Notes: a model not told the origin generated them from the sequence alone. Counted from the first letter of the stretch, positions 1 to 13,367 are shown. The stretch: 64,000 nucleotides of DNA from Octopus sinensis (GCF_006345805.1 NC_043013.1:54808001-54872000); one strand, 5' to 3'. Numbers and translations: made by a program.

Positions 1-13
1 TAACATACTGGGA

Positions 14-190
14 AAAATACTTAGCTGTGTTTCAGCTGCCTTTACATTGTGAGTTCAAATTCTGCCAAGGTCAGTTTTATTTTCCATTCTTTCTGAGTCA
101 ATAAAACAAAGTACCAGTTGGGTACTAGGGTTGATGTAATTGACTTACCCCTCACTTCCCATGAAATTACTGGCCTTGTGTCAAACTATA
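14..190 (+). mobile_element. SINE family C, decayed 5'-truncated copy
   Basis: GAGTTCAAATTCTGCCAAGGTCAG...AAAGTACCAGTT...GATGTAATTGACTTA matches the young family C copy at 49591-49822; ends in an (ATT)n tail. Confidence 0.75.
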
Positions 191-199
191 AAGCTATTA

Positions 200-237
<38 letters not shown>

Positions 238-258
238 TATTATTATTATTATATTAAT

Positions 259-454
259 GTAGCAAGCTGGCAGAATCATGAGCATGCTGGACAAAATACT
301 TTGCTGTATCAAATGCCTCTGAGGTTGACTTTGTTTTTCATTTTCACAGAGCTGCTAAAATAAGTACCAGTCATGTACTGGGGTGTATGATATCAATGTA
401 ATCCTTCCCTTAAAATTGGAGACTTTGTGCCAAAATTTTCAACCATTATTATTA

Positions 455-498
<44 letters not shown>

Positions 499-510
499 GT
501 TATTGTTATT
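259..510 (+). mobile_element. SINE family C, decayed copy with (ATT)n tail
   Basis: GCAAGCTGGCAGAATCATGAGCATGCTGGACAAAATACTT head and TAAGTACCAG body; internal deletion. Confidence 0.7.
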
Positions 511-2103
511 ATGTCAAAGCTTCCTTGCAACCACATCCCCATTGCAAACATATATGTTTTTGCTTCATTTTAATATTCTCATCTAGGCAAGCTTTGATAT
601 TCAGTCTTGCAGGCATATTTATAACCAATGTGAACTCACCTCTACCTTTACATTTCTGCTCATAACCAAAACAGGCAAAAAGCAATTTCAATCCTTTTTT
701 TTTTAGCCTTCTGATAATCTTCTACTTTTAGTTGTGTCATGTGCCATTAGATTTCATACAATACATCAGACAAGGAGGTTTTTGCACACAAAAATGGCTT
801 CAGCGCCAACAAGTGTAGAAATATATTGGAAATAAACCAGCCATTAGGATCTTGAGGAATTAGAATGGAAGTTGAATATGTACTAATTAGATTGCCACGA
901 TAGTTGATTGTGTGTTTTAAGAGAAAATAAATAGGATTTAGGGAAACCAGCTGCTGTGTATGAGGGAAATGGCTGCATTGTGGTTGTCATAGAAGGAGAA
1001 TAAATTATGTAAGCAAGGAAAGCTACAGTATTTGTTGGTTAATGTTTGGTGACACAAAACTGAATGAACGAAGGCAAAATAGTGCAGATGTTCTCTCAGA
1101 ATAGTTTAAACTTAGTATAAAGAATTGTGAAGTAAAAATATATTGGTTTGAAAGATTACATAAAACATATTGTTATGAGAGAAATTACTAAATATTATTA
1201 TCAGAAGTTAACTTTGTATTGAAAAGAAGTTATGAAACAAATAATTACTGCAATAAAACAGAGTAAGAAATAGATGTTAGTAAAAATAGTAACAATACAG
1301 TTAAATACAGTTCTGTGTAGCATTCCAGAAAGTTGAACTTTATAGAAAATATCTATAAATTAAACTGTGCTTGTTTGGACAAAAGAAATCTATCTCTTAA
1401 TAATAGTAACCGCTCCTTGTTGTAATTTCACAACAATTGAATAAATTACAAACATTGAAATGTGCTGCTGATAATGGTGTACACTGCAAGAAACATCCTC
1501 CAGATAAGAATGGCTAATATTAAGTTACATAACAATTTTACCAAACAGTTACATATGCAGAAAAATATTAATGTTTGAAGTATTTTTATATAATTCCAAG
1601 ATATTTTGTTGAAATTAGCAGAGAGAACCGGCAGTAGAATAGAATTTTCAGGAAGACGTTTTTTTAAGAAATTGATTTTTGGTTTGATTTCTGAAGCATA
1701 AATATAACTGTGAACTTTGCAATGATAAAGAGAAACAAAACTGAATAAATGTGTATATTTGCTATAAACAGTAAAGAGTGGCAGGCTTTAAGCTCTTAAC
1801 ACCAATAAAACTATTTCAACGTTGAATATTTTGAATTAGGTTCCTTGAAAAATTATGTTTGTATGAAAGAAAAGTAAATTTACTAAGTGTTGTTGTAGTT
1901 AGATGAAGGATGTAGTGAAAGAAATCTATATAATTCCATTTGAGATATTTAAACTGTTTTTGATTGCTTAGCAAGACTTCTAGTTTCACAAAACAGGTCA
2001 AAGTTGAATATTGCTTAAATAAACTCTTTCTATCCTTAGATCTATAATTCAAACATTTTGTTTTTAAATGAATCCAAATTTTATGTAAATTTATGTTTTA
2101 AGC

Positions 2104-2295
2104 AAGGTGGCAGGCTGGCAGAATCATGAGCATACCAGACAAAATGCTTTCCAACTTGATGATCTGAGTTCAAATTCTGCTGAGGTCATCTTTGCTTTTC
2201 ATCCTCTCAAGGTCAAGAAAATAAGTACGAGTTGAATGCTTGCATTGATTTAGTTGATAAGGTTTCAGAATTTGTGCCTACAGTTGAAACAAATT
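2104..2295 (+). mobile_element. SINE family C, decayed
   Basis: GGTGGCAGGCTGGCAGAATCATGAGCA...GAGTTCAAATTCTGCTGAGGTC...TTTCATCC. Confidence 0.75.
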
Positions 2296-2309
2296 TATTC
2301 CAGAAACTG

Positions 2310-2531
2310 AATAAATATTCATTTCTACTATCGATAAAAGGCCTGAAATTTTGGGGGAGGTATTGAGTCGAGTATGTCAACTTCAGTACTCAACTGGTAC
2401 TTAATTTATTGATCCTGAAAGGATGAAAGGCAAAGTCGGCCTCAACGGAATTTGAACTCAATGTAGCAATGGGCAAAATACCACTGAGCATTTGGTCCAG
2501 CATGCTAATGATTCTGTCATCTCGCTGCCTT
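2310..2531 (-). mobile_element. SINE family C
   Basis: CTGGTACTTAATTTATTGATCCTGAAAGGATGAAAGGCAAAGTCGGCCTCAACGGAATTTGAACTCA is the reverse complement of the family C core. Confidence 0.85.
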
Positions 2532-2724
2532 CAGAAACTGAATTAATAATGACAAAACTTTCTTTTTTAACAAAATTCTTCACGGTTTTCAAAATTAATT
2601 GAAACAAAAACAGTGTATTTCAAAAGAAATGTGGTAAAAAAAAAGGGTGAAGCCAAGTTTTAACTGAGAAAGAGGCATGGATTTGGCTAATATTTTTGTT
2701 TCCCAATAATATCTGATAAGTAAA

Positions 2725-2830
2725 TATTGAAGACTGGTGCAGCCTCCTGGCTTGCCAGTCCTCAGTCAAGCCGTCCAACCCATGCCAGCATGGAAAGTGG
2801 ACGTTAACAGATGATGATGATGATGATGAT
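2725..2830 (+). mobile_element. SINE-like family D, 3' fragment with (GAT)n tail
   Basis: CCGTCCAACCCATGCCAGCATGGAAAGTGGACGTTAA followed by GAT repeats, as in 8388-8818. Confidence 0.8.
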
Positions 2831-5242
2831 TTAAATAATTTTCGAGTGTATTAAAACAATGAAAATAATTGACGTATTTTGAAGGCGTATTTTTCTTAGA
2901 ACTTGGTATTCTAAATATTTCATGCAGCCAGGAAGATCAAAGAAAATTATCTTTTTAAAGAGTTACTTGAAACATAAGTCTAGAATTTCCTGCTCTGCCT
3001 TTGAGTTGCTATGTTAGAACAGATGATACTCTTTGGAGACACCTTATCGAATTAATAAAATCTATTTTAAAATTATGTTTATTTTATCTACACATTGAAG
3101 AGTCAGTCTAATAACTTCTACAATGATTTCAAAGACATTTTGAAAGAGATGCAGGTGTGTGTGCGTGTGTGAAGATAATCGATTGAAATGACAGTAGAAT
3201 AATTGAATTTAATTCACTTTACTTTTTATTCTTCCAAGCACAAAACTGATCCATGATCTAATGAAACTCATAGAAACAAACATGGGAAATCAACTTAAAT
3301 AGATATAGGTGGATGGATGGATATGAATGGAGGAATAGAGAAGCTAACTAGATGGACAGATGGAAGATGGACAGGTATTTAGGTAGACAGACAGACAGAC
3401 AAGTAGATAAGTAGACAGACAGGTAGACAGTTATATGGCTGGATGTGCATGTGTACATTTCTTTATATTTACAGTTTTCCATGAATTGCTAACCGACAGG
3501 GTGGTCGCTAGAAATAGCTGAAAATTTGTGAAATGCTAATTTATATTTTCACAAGATCAATTTGAGGTAAACAATAATCCTGATATCTGTTTCTTCCTTG
3601 CACAGCTTTTTTCAATGATTCGGGGGGTGGGGTTCACTCAAAAGCAAATGTTATGATTACACTCTCATTCGATAACAGAAACAATGAATCAGAAACCACC
3701 TTTCACACCATTTATTGATGATCTAATTAATGCTTGTTAGTTTTGCCTTCAAATTGTCCACTTTTCTAGTGACCACCCTGTACAAATGGTGATGTTATTG
3801 TCATTTCCCTTGTCAACAAATCCACTGCTGGTTTTGTGCCTTTGAAGACACGTGGAATAAAACAAAGTCTGCTTAAAATTAAAAAAAAGAAAAAACTGGT
3901 AAGTATTCAGGACAGGGAAGGCATCTGGCTGCAAAACAAATTAATTCTCCAATAGTGTATTCATCTAACCCATACCAGCAAAGAAAACAGTCATGAAAGC
4001 CAAAGTCCACCCACACTCTTGCTTTATTTTATATAATATTATATATCTATATCTATACAGTCACACACACCTAACACACACAAACATATCACTAACCGTC
4101 TCCATTAGTACTATAGTATTTGCACTAATTCCCTCACTGTGATTCCAATCATTATGTTGGCGATTAAAAACAATTAGAAATGAAAAGAATATCTCATGAT
4201 AATGTATCTTATTTATCACATTAATTTCAATTGTAATAATTTTCCAGACTGGCCAGCTGTCAAAGTTAATTGCCAATCAAGATATTTCAAACAATGATAC
4301 AAGTCTGCCAGTTGAGTGTTTATGGTTTCACTGTAAGCAAGAAACAACGGCGGGCACGGCACTCTCGTCTGCTCTGTCTGTTGAAAGATGCTGCAGTGAA
4401 AGAGATTCCAGTACTACGAACTGAAACTTTCGTAGTATTTTAACTCCAGTTCCTGTAATGCACAGCCAGGGTGTTGACAATAGAGAACAGCTGTGAAAAC
4501 AGAAGGAAGAGGAGGGAGGGAGGAAGGAAGGAAGGAAGGAAGAAGAAGAAAGACGATGTAGAGTTTTCCACCTTGTGTTTAGATGATTCTAACAAGATTT
4601 TGGAACTCTTATACGAAAGTCACTGGGAAGAGATAAAAAAAAAGAAAAAAATATCACGTGGTTACAAAAATAAAACAAAAATATATGTTCCTTCTTGTGA
4701 TTAAAAAAAGTAGAAGGTGAGATGGATTTCATATGAATAATCTGTTCACTTTGCTTAATGGACCAGAAAGTAGTACGAAACATAAACAGCTGTTTTATAT
4801 ATACATATGCATGCATACACACACACACACACACGTGTATAAATTTCAGAATATTTTTCTCCTCTAAAAGCCACAGGGCTTGGAGTCATAGAGAAATGTA
4901 CTGACTCTTCATTCAGAAATTCATCTTAAAAGTCTTTTTCAAAAACTGTAAGCTTAAAATAAAATAAAATAAAATAAAATGAATGTAACATTAACAGTGC
5001 AAGAAAAACAAACAAAAATAATGTGAAAATGTTGAAGGAGATTTCCAAGCTGGCACTCTGAAAACATTTCTATAATTCCAATATGGCATATATGAAATGT
5101 TTATACATGTAAAAATTTACATCAATTTATAATCATGTCAGTTAAGGAATAGAGTTACAGCCAGACTACAATAAACATTAAAAAAATATATGCCCATATA
5201 AACATTATGAGCTGCAACCTACATCACCAGAAGCTTGACTAC

Positions 5243-5248
5243 ATGTAG

Positions 5249-5293
<45 letters not shown>

Positions 5294-5350
5294 CATACAT
5301 ACACACACATATATATATATATATATATATTTACATATAAATACACACTC

Positions 5351-5386
<36 letters not shown>

Positions 5387-5540
5387 ATACAAACATGTAC
5401 ATATTTACATATACAATTTTTTATATGTGTGTGTGTGTGTATATATATATACATATATATTTACATATATACATATTTATATATATAAATTTACATATAG
5501 ACACACATACAGACAAACACACACACACACACACACACAT
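5243..5540. repeat. (TA)n/(CA)n compound microsatellite
   Basis: directly visible. Confidence 0.95.
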
Positions 5541-5911
5541 ACATTGAGGTGTCTAAATTAAGACATCTGTACAAACTTTAGTAAACAAACATGTGTTGCA
5601 ACTAAGCAAACATCCCTCTATAAAAACAAATTTCTTTGTAATGTGTTAGTCTTGATAAATTTGCATTGAAACTTACATGAATGCATAAGCTGGTGCTCAG
5701 CAGATCAAAGTGAATAATTATGCAAATATTAAACACATACATTTTAACGAGGTGTCACTTATTTTCTCTTTGCTGAACAAGAATTTTGTGGCAGAAGAGA
5801 CAGGGTTCTTTCATTAACAAAGATTTTAGAGTTGAAATAATGAAACAAAATTCGAGAATTTAGGTTTCAATTAAAAAATGGTTTAAGTGTTAGAATCTCT
5901 TTTTCTCTATC

Positions 5912-6116
5912 ACTCATCATCATCATCATCGTCATCATCGTTTAACGTCCGTTTTTCCATGCTAGCATGGGTTGGATGGTTCGACTGAGGTCTGGGAAGC
6001 CAGGATGTTGCACCAGGCTCCAGTGTGATCTGGCAGTGTTTCTAGAGCTGGATGCCCTTCCTGACCCCAACCACTCTGTGTGTGTAGTGGGAGCTTTTTA
6101 CGTGCCACCGGCACAG
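5912..6116 (-). mobile_element. SINE-like family D
   Basis: CATCATCGTTTAACGTCCGTTTTTCCATGCTAGCATGGGTTGGA...CTGGATGCCCTTCCT is the reverse complement of family D. Confidence 0.85.
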
Positions 6117-6117
6117 T

Positions 6118-6480
6118 CAGTCTATCTATATCAATCTATCTATCTATCTATCTGCTTATTTATTTATCTATCTGTCTGTCTGTCTGTCTGTCTGTCTCTT
6201 TATCTATCTATCTATCTAGTTATCTGTGTACCTATCTATTTGTTTATCTACCTGTTTATCTTTTTATCTACCTAGTTACCAACCTGTCTGTTCGTCTATC
6301 TATCTATCTACCTATCTCTGTTGCTATCTATGTACCTGTCTGCTTATCTCTCTCTATCTCTCTCTCACTTTCTCCAACTGTCTCTCTCTCTCTCTCTCTC
6401 ACTTTATTTATCTATCTATCTATCTATCTATCTATCCATCCCTCTATCTTTCCATTTATTTTCTTTCTATCTATCTTTCT
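6118..6480. repeat. (TCTA)n/(TCTG)n/(CT)n compound microsatellite
   Basis: directly visible; explains the ORFs at 5967-6540. Confidence 0.9.
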
Positions 6481-7126
6481 ATCAACGATAAAATCAAATC
6501 TAAAACTATCGAGACGGTTAGCTATTTGAAGATGATGTGATTGAGCAAATAAAATCTTCTTTTAAATACATCTACATTACAAAATTGCATTTATGATTCA
6601 AAAAAATTTTTAAGTATTGTGAAACATTCTCTATATTTATTTGTTAAATCTTTTCTGATAACAGGAAATAGCAAACTCACAAAAAGAGAAGAAAAAAAAA
6701 CTCAACATACTTTTCAGCCTTTCATATTTAGCAGAACACATGAAAACACACATACATGTGTGTGTGGGCGTATGTACACATGTAAATACATGGGGGCGTT
6801 ATGCATACATGTGAATGTATGGATGTATATATTTGTATATGTGTGGTGTGGATGTATCGGTACATGTAAAGGCACATAAACTGCATACATAGATGTGGGT
6901 TTGGCTTGGCTGTAAATACATGCATATAGACAAGCACATATGAGTGGTGGTATGTATTCATGGAAACACATCTGTGGGTATATATATATAAATAATGTGT
7001 GTCTTTAAATATATATACATATATTTGTAAATAGTAAAAAAACACTGTATATAAATTAAAAAAATTAAAGGTAATGCTATGCTACTTCATAATAATCCTT
7101 ATTGCTATTGTTGTTGATACATACAT

Positions 7127-7165
<39 letters not shown>

Positions 7166-7274
7166 AATCTATGTAAATGTATGTATTTGTACATGAGTAT
7201 ATGTATTCATATGTATATGTGTGTGCTTGTGTGTATATATAATATATGTACTTGTATGTATATATATATATATA

Positions 7275-7490
7275 GCGCAATGGCCTAGTGGTTAGGGCAG
7301 CGGACTCGCGGTCGCAGGATCGCGGTTTCGATTCTCAGACCGGGCGTTGTGTGTGTTTATTGAGCGAAAACACCTAAAAGCTCTACGAGGCTCCGGCAGT
7401 GGGTGGTGATCCCTGCTGTACTCTTTCACCACAATGGCGGTGCCCCAGCATGGCCACAGCTCAAGAGCTGAAACTGGAAAAACAAAACAA
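7275..7490 (+). mobile_element. Chimeric SINE: family E 5' part (tRNA-Arg-like head) joined to the family A 3' end
   Basis: 7275-7434 is nearly identical to 18446-18600; 7435 onward (GGCGGTGCCCCAGCATGGCCACAG...CTGAAAC) matches the family A tail. Confidence 0.75.
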
Positions 7491-7502
7491 AAAAAAAAAA
7501 AC

Positions 7503-7659
7503 ATATACCGGAGTAAACACATAAATGTGAAACAAGGTGGAAAATAGAGTACTCAAATACCAGTGGTAGAGTAATATGCTTTATTCAAAAGCAGCAGAAA
7601 ATTCAACAAAACCTGTTACTCTGAGTTTCATGTTCAAAGTAACAGGTTTTGTTGAATTT
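7503..7659 (-). mobile_element. Penelope-like terminal repeat fragment with a fold-back junction
   Basis: minus strand reads GAAACTCAGAGTA followed by an AATAAA-containing PLE-like tail; perfect 22-bp inverted repeat at the junction. Confidence 0.45.
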
Positions 7660-8387
7660 ATATATATAGACACTGGATTTTGTAGATGGAAACTGAAGGA
7701 CGCCCATTATATATGTATGTATATATATATATATATATATATAATTGTACACTGGTTTGGTCAGCTTGAGGCTATAGTAGAAGATATTTGCCCAAGGTGC
7801 TATGCACTGGGGCTGAACCTGGAACCATATGATTGAGAAGCAAATTTCTTACCACCCAGCCATTCATGTGCCTGATTTGTATAACTCTTACTTAACAATA
7901 ATTTGGGAAAGTGCGTGTGTGTGCATGTGTGTGTGTGTGCATGTGTGTGTGTGTGTGTGTGTATAAAAAATTATTTGAGTTCACACGTTCTTTTATGTAA
8001 GTTTGTAAATACACAAATAGAAACGCTGGCTTCAATTGGTTACGAGTGTTCTTCTACAGCATAGAATTTTTCTAAGAAAGAATATTTAGTTCCAAAAACA
8101 CCACTTAACTGATTTTCTTTGGTTTTAACATTTTCTTATCAATTCCATAATCGTTATTCAGATGGACATTATCTCTCAGTTGTCTATGATATATTTTATC
8201 AATTTTTCCCAATCACAGGTGATTTAATCATCAATAAAAATGTTATTCCTGATGTGTCTTATCGCTTCTTTTACTTAACTCTCTCATGACTAAATGTATC
8301 ACACTATTTATGTTCTTGAAATTACATAGAAGACAAATCAACAGTTTTAAGGGATTAAGTAAAATAATTAATTAATTAGTATTAACA

Positions 8388-8818
8388 TCATTTGAGTGTG
8401 ATCATTACCAGTGTCGCCTTACTGGCACTTGTGCCCTGTGCTAGTAGGGTGCTAAGAGCACCATCCAAGCATGATTGTTGCCAGAGCGGCTAACTGGCTT
8501 CCGTGCCGGTGGCATGTAAGAGGCACCATCCGAGCAGGATCGTTACTAGTATCGTCTTACTGGCACCTGTGCCAGTGGCATGTGTAAAAGGATTCGAGTG
8601 AGGTCGTTGCCAGCACCACCTGACTGGCCCCCATGCCGGTGGCACGTAAAAGCACCCACTACACTCTCAGTGTGGTTGGCGTTAGGAAGGGCATCCAGCA
8701 GTAGAAACTCTGCCAGATCAAGATTGGAGCTTGGTGCAGCCATCTGATTCACCAGCCCTCAGTCAAATCGCCCAACCCATGCTAGCACGGAAAGCGGACG
8801 TTAAACGATGATGATGAT
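8388..8818 (+). mobile_element. SINE-like family D, longest copy, with four diverged ~65-bp 5' units
   Basis: GTTGGCGTTAGGAAGGGCATCCAG...CCAACCCATGCTAGCACGGAAAGCGGACGTTAAACGATGATG; unit starts near 8404, 8477, 8542, 8606. Confidence 0.85.
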
Positions 8819-11495
8819 TCTTTTGAAGGCAGCTTTCCTCTGCTTGGATTGGTCTGACAGAGTTTGTTGATGCAGATTCTTTAGGCTTCATGCTCATTCT
8901 GTCACCAAACCCTCACCTGTTTCCAAGCAAGGTGATATTTCCCCTTGGCCAGACATGTTTCTCACCAAAGGAGATCAATGATATCGCTGACATCATAGAG
9001 ATGCATCTTCACATGTGACATGAGATCAGAGGACAAGCAGAAACATACACAACACTCACTCATGTGCACACACACACACGTAGATAGATATGATGAGGCT
9101 CTTTCAGCTTCCGTCTCCCAAATCCTTTCTCAAGGATAGGATAATAGAAGATACTTGTGTTAGGTGCCATTTTCACAATTGCTCAAGCATGCCACTTGCA
9201 AATGCTGTTACTTCTGGTGAGTACCAATACTTCCATGTGGCATGTTTAAACAACTGTGAAGATATTTTCACATGCAACCATTGGTTGCCTTGTTAACCTA
9301 CAAATAAAGTGTATATACCTATAAAATAAACATACATGCACACATATGTACACATATAATACACACACATACACACACATTACACTCTTGAAACCCTTCA
9401 TGACCACTGGATTTGTGATGCAGAAATAGATGTCAGATTTACAAATCTAAAATAATGAACCTGGTTCCACTGTGTTGTAAATAGCAGCTAATTAGATCAG
9501 AGTTTCGGAGCACCACCAAACAGTTTTTATCCTTAATGCTACAATATTGTTTATCCGTCTGTATGTATGTACGTATGTATGAATGTATGTATTTATATAT
9601 GTGTGTATGTATGCATGTATGTATGTATGGTTGTATGTATGTATGCATGCATGTTTGTATGTATGTGTTTGTGTGTGTGTGTTTGTTTCTGTATGTGTTT
9701 GTGTGATTTCATTTAACTATCAACATGCCAGTAAGAATGTGATAAATGTATTTTGGTAATTTCTGAAGGACTTGCTTTATAATATATACATGTGTGTGTG
9801 TGTGTGTGCATAAGTATATATATATATATATGTGGTTATATTATGTGGTGTTTATGTATAATTGGATATATAATGTAGCATACGTTTATATGTGCAGATA
9901 TGTTATATTACGTCTTTCTGTATGTGTCAATGTTAAGTAATATTCATGTGTGAAATTAATTATATTAAGTCACATTTAATTCTCTGTGAGGTAACATTAT
10001 GAAAAATATGTGCTTTTGTGTAAGTATATTATATACCGTGTGTGTGTGTGTATAGCACGATGTATATTTTGTAGTTCGTTAGTCGGCAAAGAGCTTCTGT
10101 ATATACAAAGCCTTGCTTATTGCATAGCTTATATCATGATACACCTAAATGGAAATGCATTTTAATGTCACTTCATAATCTAGCTGTAAGTTTAGCTTGA
10201 TCGCATTTGGTAAATTTCTAATAGGAAAAGTCTATTAGCATGGTTTTGTTTTTTTCTTTTTCTTTATAATTCCCTTATCTAAAATATGATTTTGAGAATA
10301 TGCAATATTTATCATATTTTTTGAAAGAAAATATCAAATTTTACATAAATAATTAATTATCAGAAAATATTTTCAGAAGCTTAATTTTAATGCACGAAAA
10401 ATAATTTTGAAGTTTATACACAAAAGTAATATATCAGGTAATTTAGAATAGGCCTAAAATGAAGTTTCTATGTGAATAACTAACTTGCTAGAAATAGCTG
10501 CCAAATCTGTCACAAATCATACTCACTGTCATGAAATTAGGAAGGACACACAAGATACACTATAGCTGTATATGAGAAAGGAGGGTCATGAATGGATTGT
10601 ATGTTAGGATATGTCTCTTTATTTCAGAGCAAGCTGACTAGAGGAACAACAACAACAACAACAGCAATATACTTCATGAAGAAAATGGAGTTGAAACGTT
10701 TTTGGGTGAATTATTATAATAAAAAATGAAATATAGCTTAGACATTCACTTGTGTCCAATAAAGTAGGAAAGCTGTGATGTTGTGCAACAATGATCTTAA
10801 GTGAGCTCTCCAAAATATCTATTTGTCACCTGGCAAGATATAACAGACCATCCCTACAAAAAGCACCATAAAAGAATTCATATGAATTGAACATAAAACT
10901 GTCCATAAGGTTGATTATGAACAATGGAATTAGGCTTGCAACCGAGCCACCGGCACGAGAGTACATACAAAAGAAATAACATCAAGTTTCTTTATTAGCA
11001 AGTCTCAAGTAGCCATAACTCATTACAAACAATGCTATTTGGAAACTACTGTCTCTTTGATAAGCCAGGGAAGCTCATAATAAAGCTAAGCTTTATCTAG
11101 GTGCTTAAAAAATAGACTAGTGGTTAAGGTGCTTTGTGTATTCATATCTTTTATACACATGTACAAATAATGATGTATGCGATATTATTGGCATGCCATG
11201 CATGTTCATACATCCATAAACACACTCTTTCTCCCTCTGTCTGTCTGCATCTCTCCATTGCTCGGACTCTATTTCAAGTAATCCTTGATTTATTGCTACT
11301 AAAATCATATTGTTAACTCCATCAGAAGAACTGGTAAAAATATAAATATATAAACCAGTGACAGCAACACATAGTGATAGGAAAAGTCTTAGTTTATGAC
11401 AGTACCTGCTGACAACTATTATCTCCTTTTCCACTTGGTTTGTTATGAAACATCACTGAAGCTAAAGAAGCTGGATTATCAAAAACCCATTTGCA

Positions 11496-11527
<32 letters not shown>

Positions 11528-12539
11528 GCATATGTGTGTGTGTGTGTAATGGTTCTTTGTTAATGGATGTAAAGTTAAGTAGACATCTTTCAAAGTAGTA
11601 CTCAATACATGAGACATGAAGCATATGTAGATTTTTACATATTTATTTATATTTATCACACTTGAACAATGCCTTTGGTTCATAGAGCTGTATATACACA
11701 CACACACATGATTGATTATGGTTCTTAGCCAAAAAACCAAAACAAAACAAGGAACCCTCAACTATACAGAGATATTGAGGATATGGAATACAGATTAATA
11801 ATGATCATATTACAAAAGAGTGTAACAAGGTCCTGAATTTTGTGTGAGGTTAATTGTCCTGCAGTCATCAGATGTGCAATTTATGGATTTAATTTGAATA
11901 TGATAAAAGAAATTCAATCCATCAAATGCACATATAATGAGTGTAGTGCTATCAACTTTGCACAAAACTTGGAGTCATGACACAACATGTGGTAGTATGA
12001 TGATCGTTAAATGGTCAATATGGTGTGATATGGTCAAATTACCTGACACAGCAATGCCGTTTGCCGGTGCCAATGAAATATCATCAACCAATATTAACTG
12101 TGCTTTCTACCATTTGTCATCAACGTAATTTTCCAGGACATCCAGCACACATGAAGGTTTTACTGATAACACATCCAATTTGGGTTAGATATGCTAATTA
12201 ATATTCGTTACTTTATTACATAGGCTTCTCCTGTTGCTAATACATGTGTGTGTGTGTATATATACATATATATCTGCATGTGTGTAATTTTAATCTAAAT
12301 TCAAACTGCAAAATATATAAAGCTAATATTTAGAACTTGAGGTGATTTTTTTATAGCTGGAAAAAGAAGACTGTTACCAGAACTTGTATATAATTATTCG
12401 AGTTTCCTTTCACTGGTCTCCATAGTTAGGGAAATCAAAGCAAAACAGAAGAGACAAAGCAAAACACTTCGTCCATAAATTATTCAAGTACTAAACAATT
12501 AACGAGCAAACTTTCCCGTTTTATTTCATTGATTGATGC

Positions 12540-12750
12540 ATACATGCATGTATGTATGTATGTATGTATGTATGTATGTATGTATGTATGTATGTATGTA
12601 TGTATGTATGTATGTATGTATGTATGTATGTATGTATGTATGTATGTATGTATGTATGTATGTATGTGTGATAGTATGTATGTATTTATGTATGCATGCA
12701 TGTATTTATGTGTGTGTGTGTGTGCATGTATGTATGTATATATATATGGG
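12540..12750. repeat. (ATGT)n microsatellite
   Basis: directly visible. Confidence 0.95.
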
Positions 12751-12769
12751 TGATTGATGTGATTACAAA

Positions 12770-12950
12770 GAACCAAGAGTCCAAGTTCTGCTGAGCTGGA
12801 CATATTGCAAGGTTGATAAACATGAGTGGTCCGGTGCCGTTGCCAAGTGCTAGTCAAAAGATGAGAAAAGGCCATTTTGAAGGGTTCCATGTTGATGGCA
12901 AGAGGATTTAGTCTAGCAGTTTGGGTCAAGATAGAAAAACAATGGTACAA
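12770..12950 (+). mobile_element. Decayed RTE-clade LINE ORF C-terminal fragment
   Basis: frame-broken translation KFC*AGHIAR..KHEWS...DEKRPF*RVPC resembles the RTE motif RWAGHVAR..DNRW....KRPLGRPP.RW. Confidence 0.5.
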
Positions 12951-13031
12951 TCAAAACAAAATTGGTAGAGTGACCCACAGTGTACAATAGCATTTAATGT
13001 CAATACTGTTATTTACAAATATCGACAGGCT

Positions 13032-13215
13032 TGATCCCTAAATCCACAAGTTTTTTTTATTCTCTCTCTGTTTATTTCCTCATATTCAATTCTGTTGAAG
13101 AGCATAGGCTCGGAATGTAAAAGACTTTTTCACTTTCCCGAGCTTCAAACTAATACACCTGTTTGCTGTTTATACACCTGTCTTTGTCTTTTGTTTTTTG
13201 TAAATTTCAACTATA
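13032..13215 (+). mobile_element. Penelope-like terminal repeat with an HHR-like motif
   Basis: CTGTTGAAGAGCATAGGCTCGGAATGTAAAAG; homologous to the reverse complement of 40905-41095. Confidence 0.6.
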
Positions 13216-13233
13216 TATATATATATGTATGTG

Positions 13234-13283
<50 letters not shown>

Positions 13284-13319
13284 CATATATACATACCTAC
13301 ATATATATATATACATATA

Positions 13320-13367
<48 letters not shown>

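Noticed and set aside
8400-8660. CRISPR-like or twister-like repeats in family D
   Set aside because: Units are contiguous diverged repeats without unique spacers, in a eukaryotic SINE-like element; twister consensus not matched.
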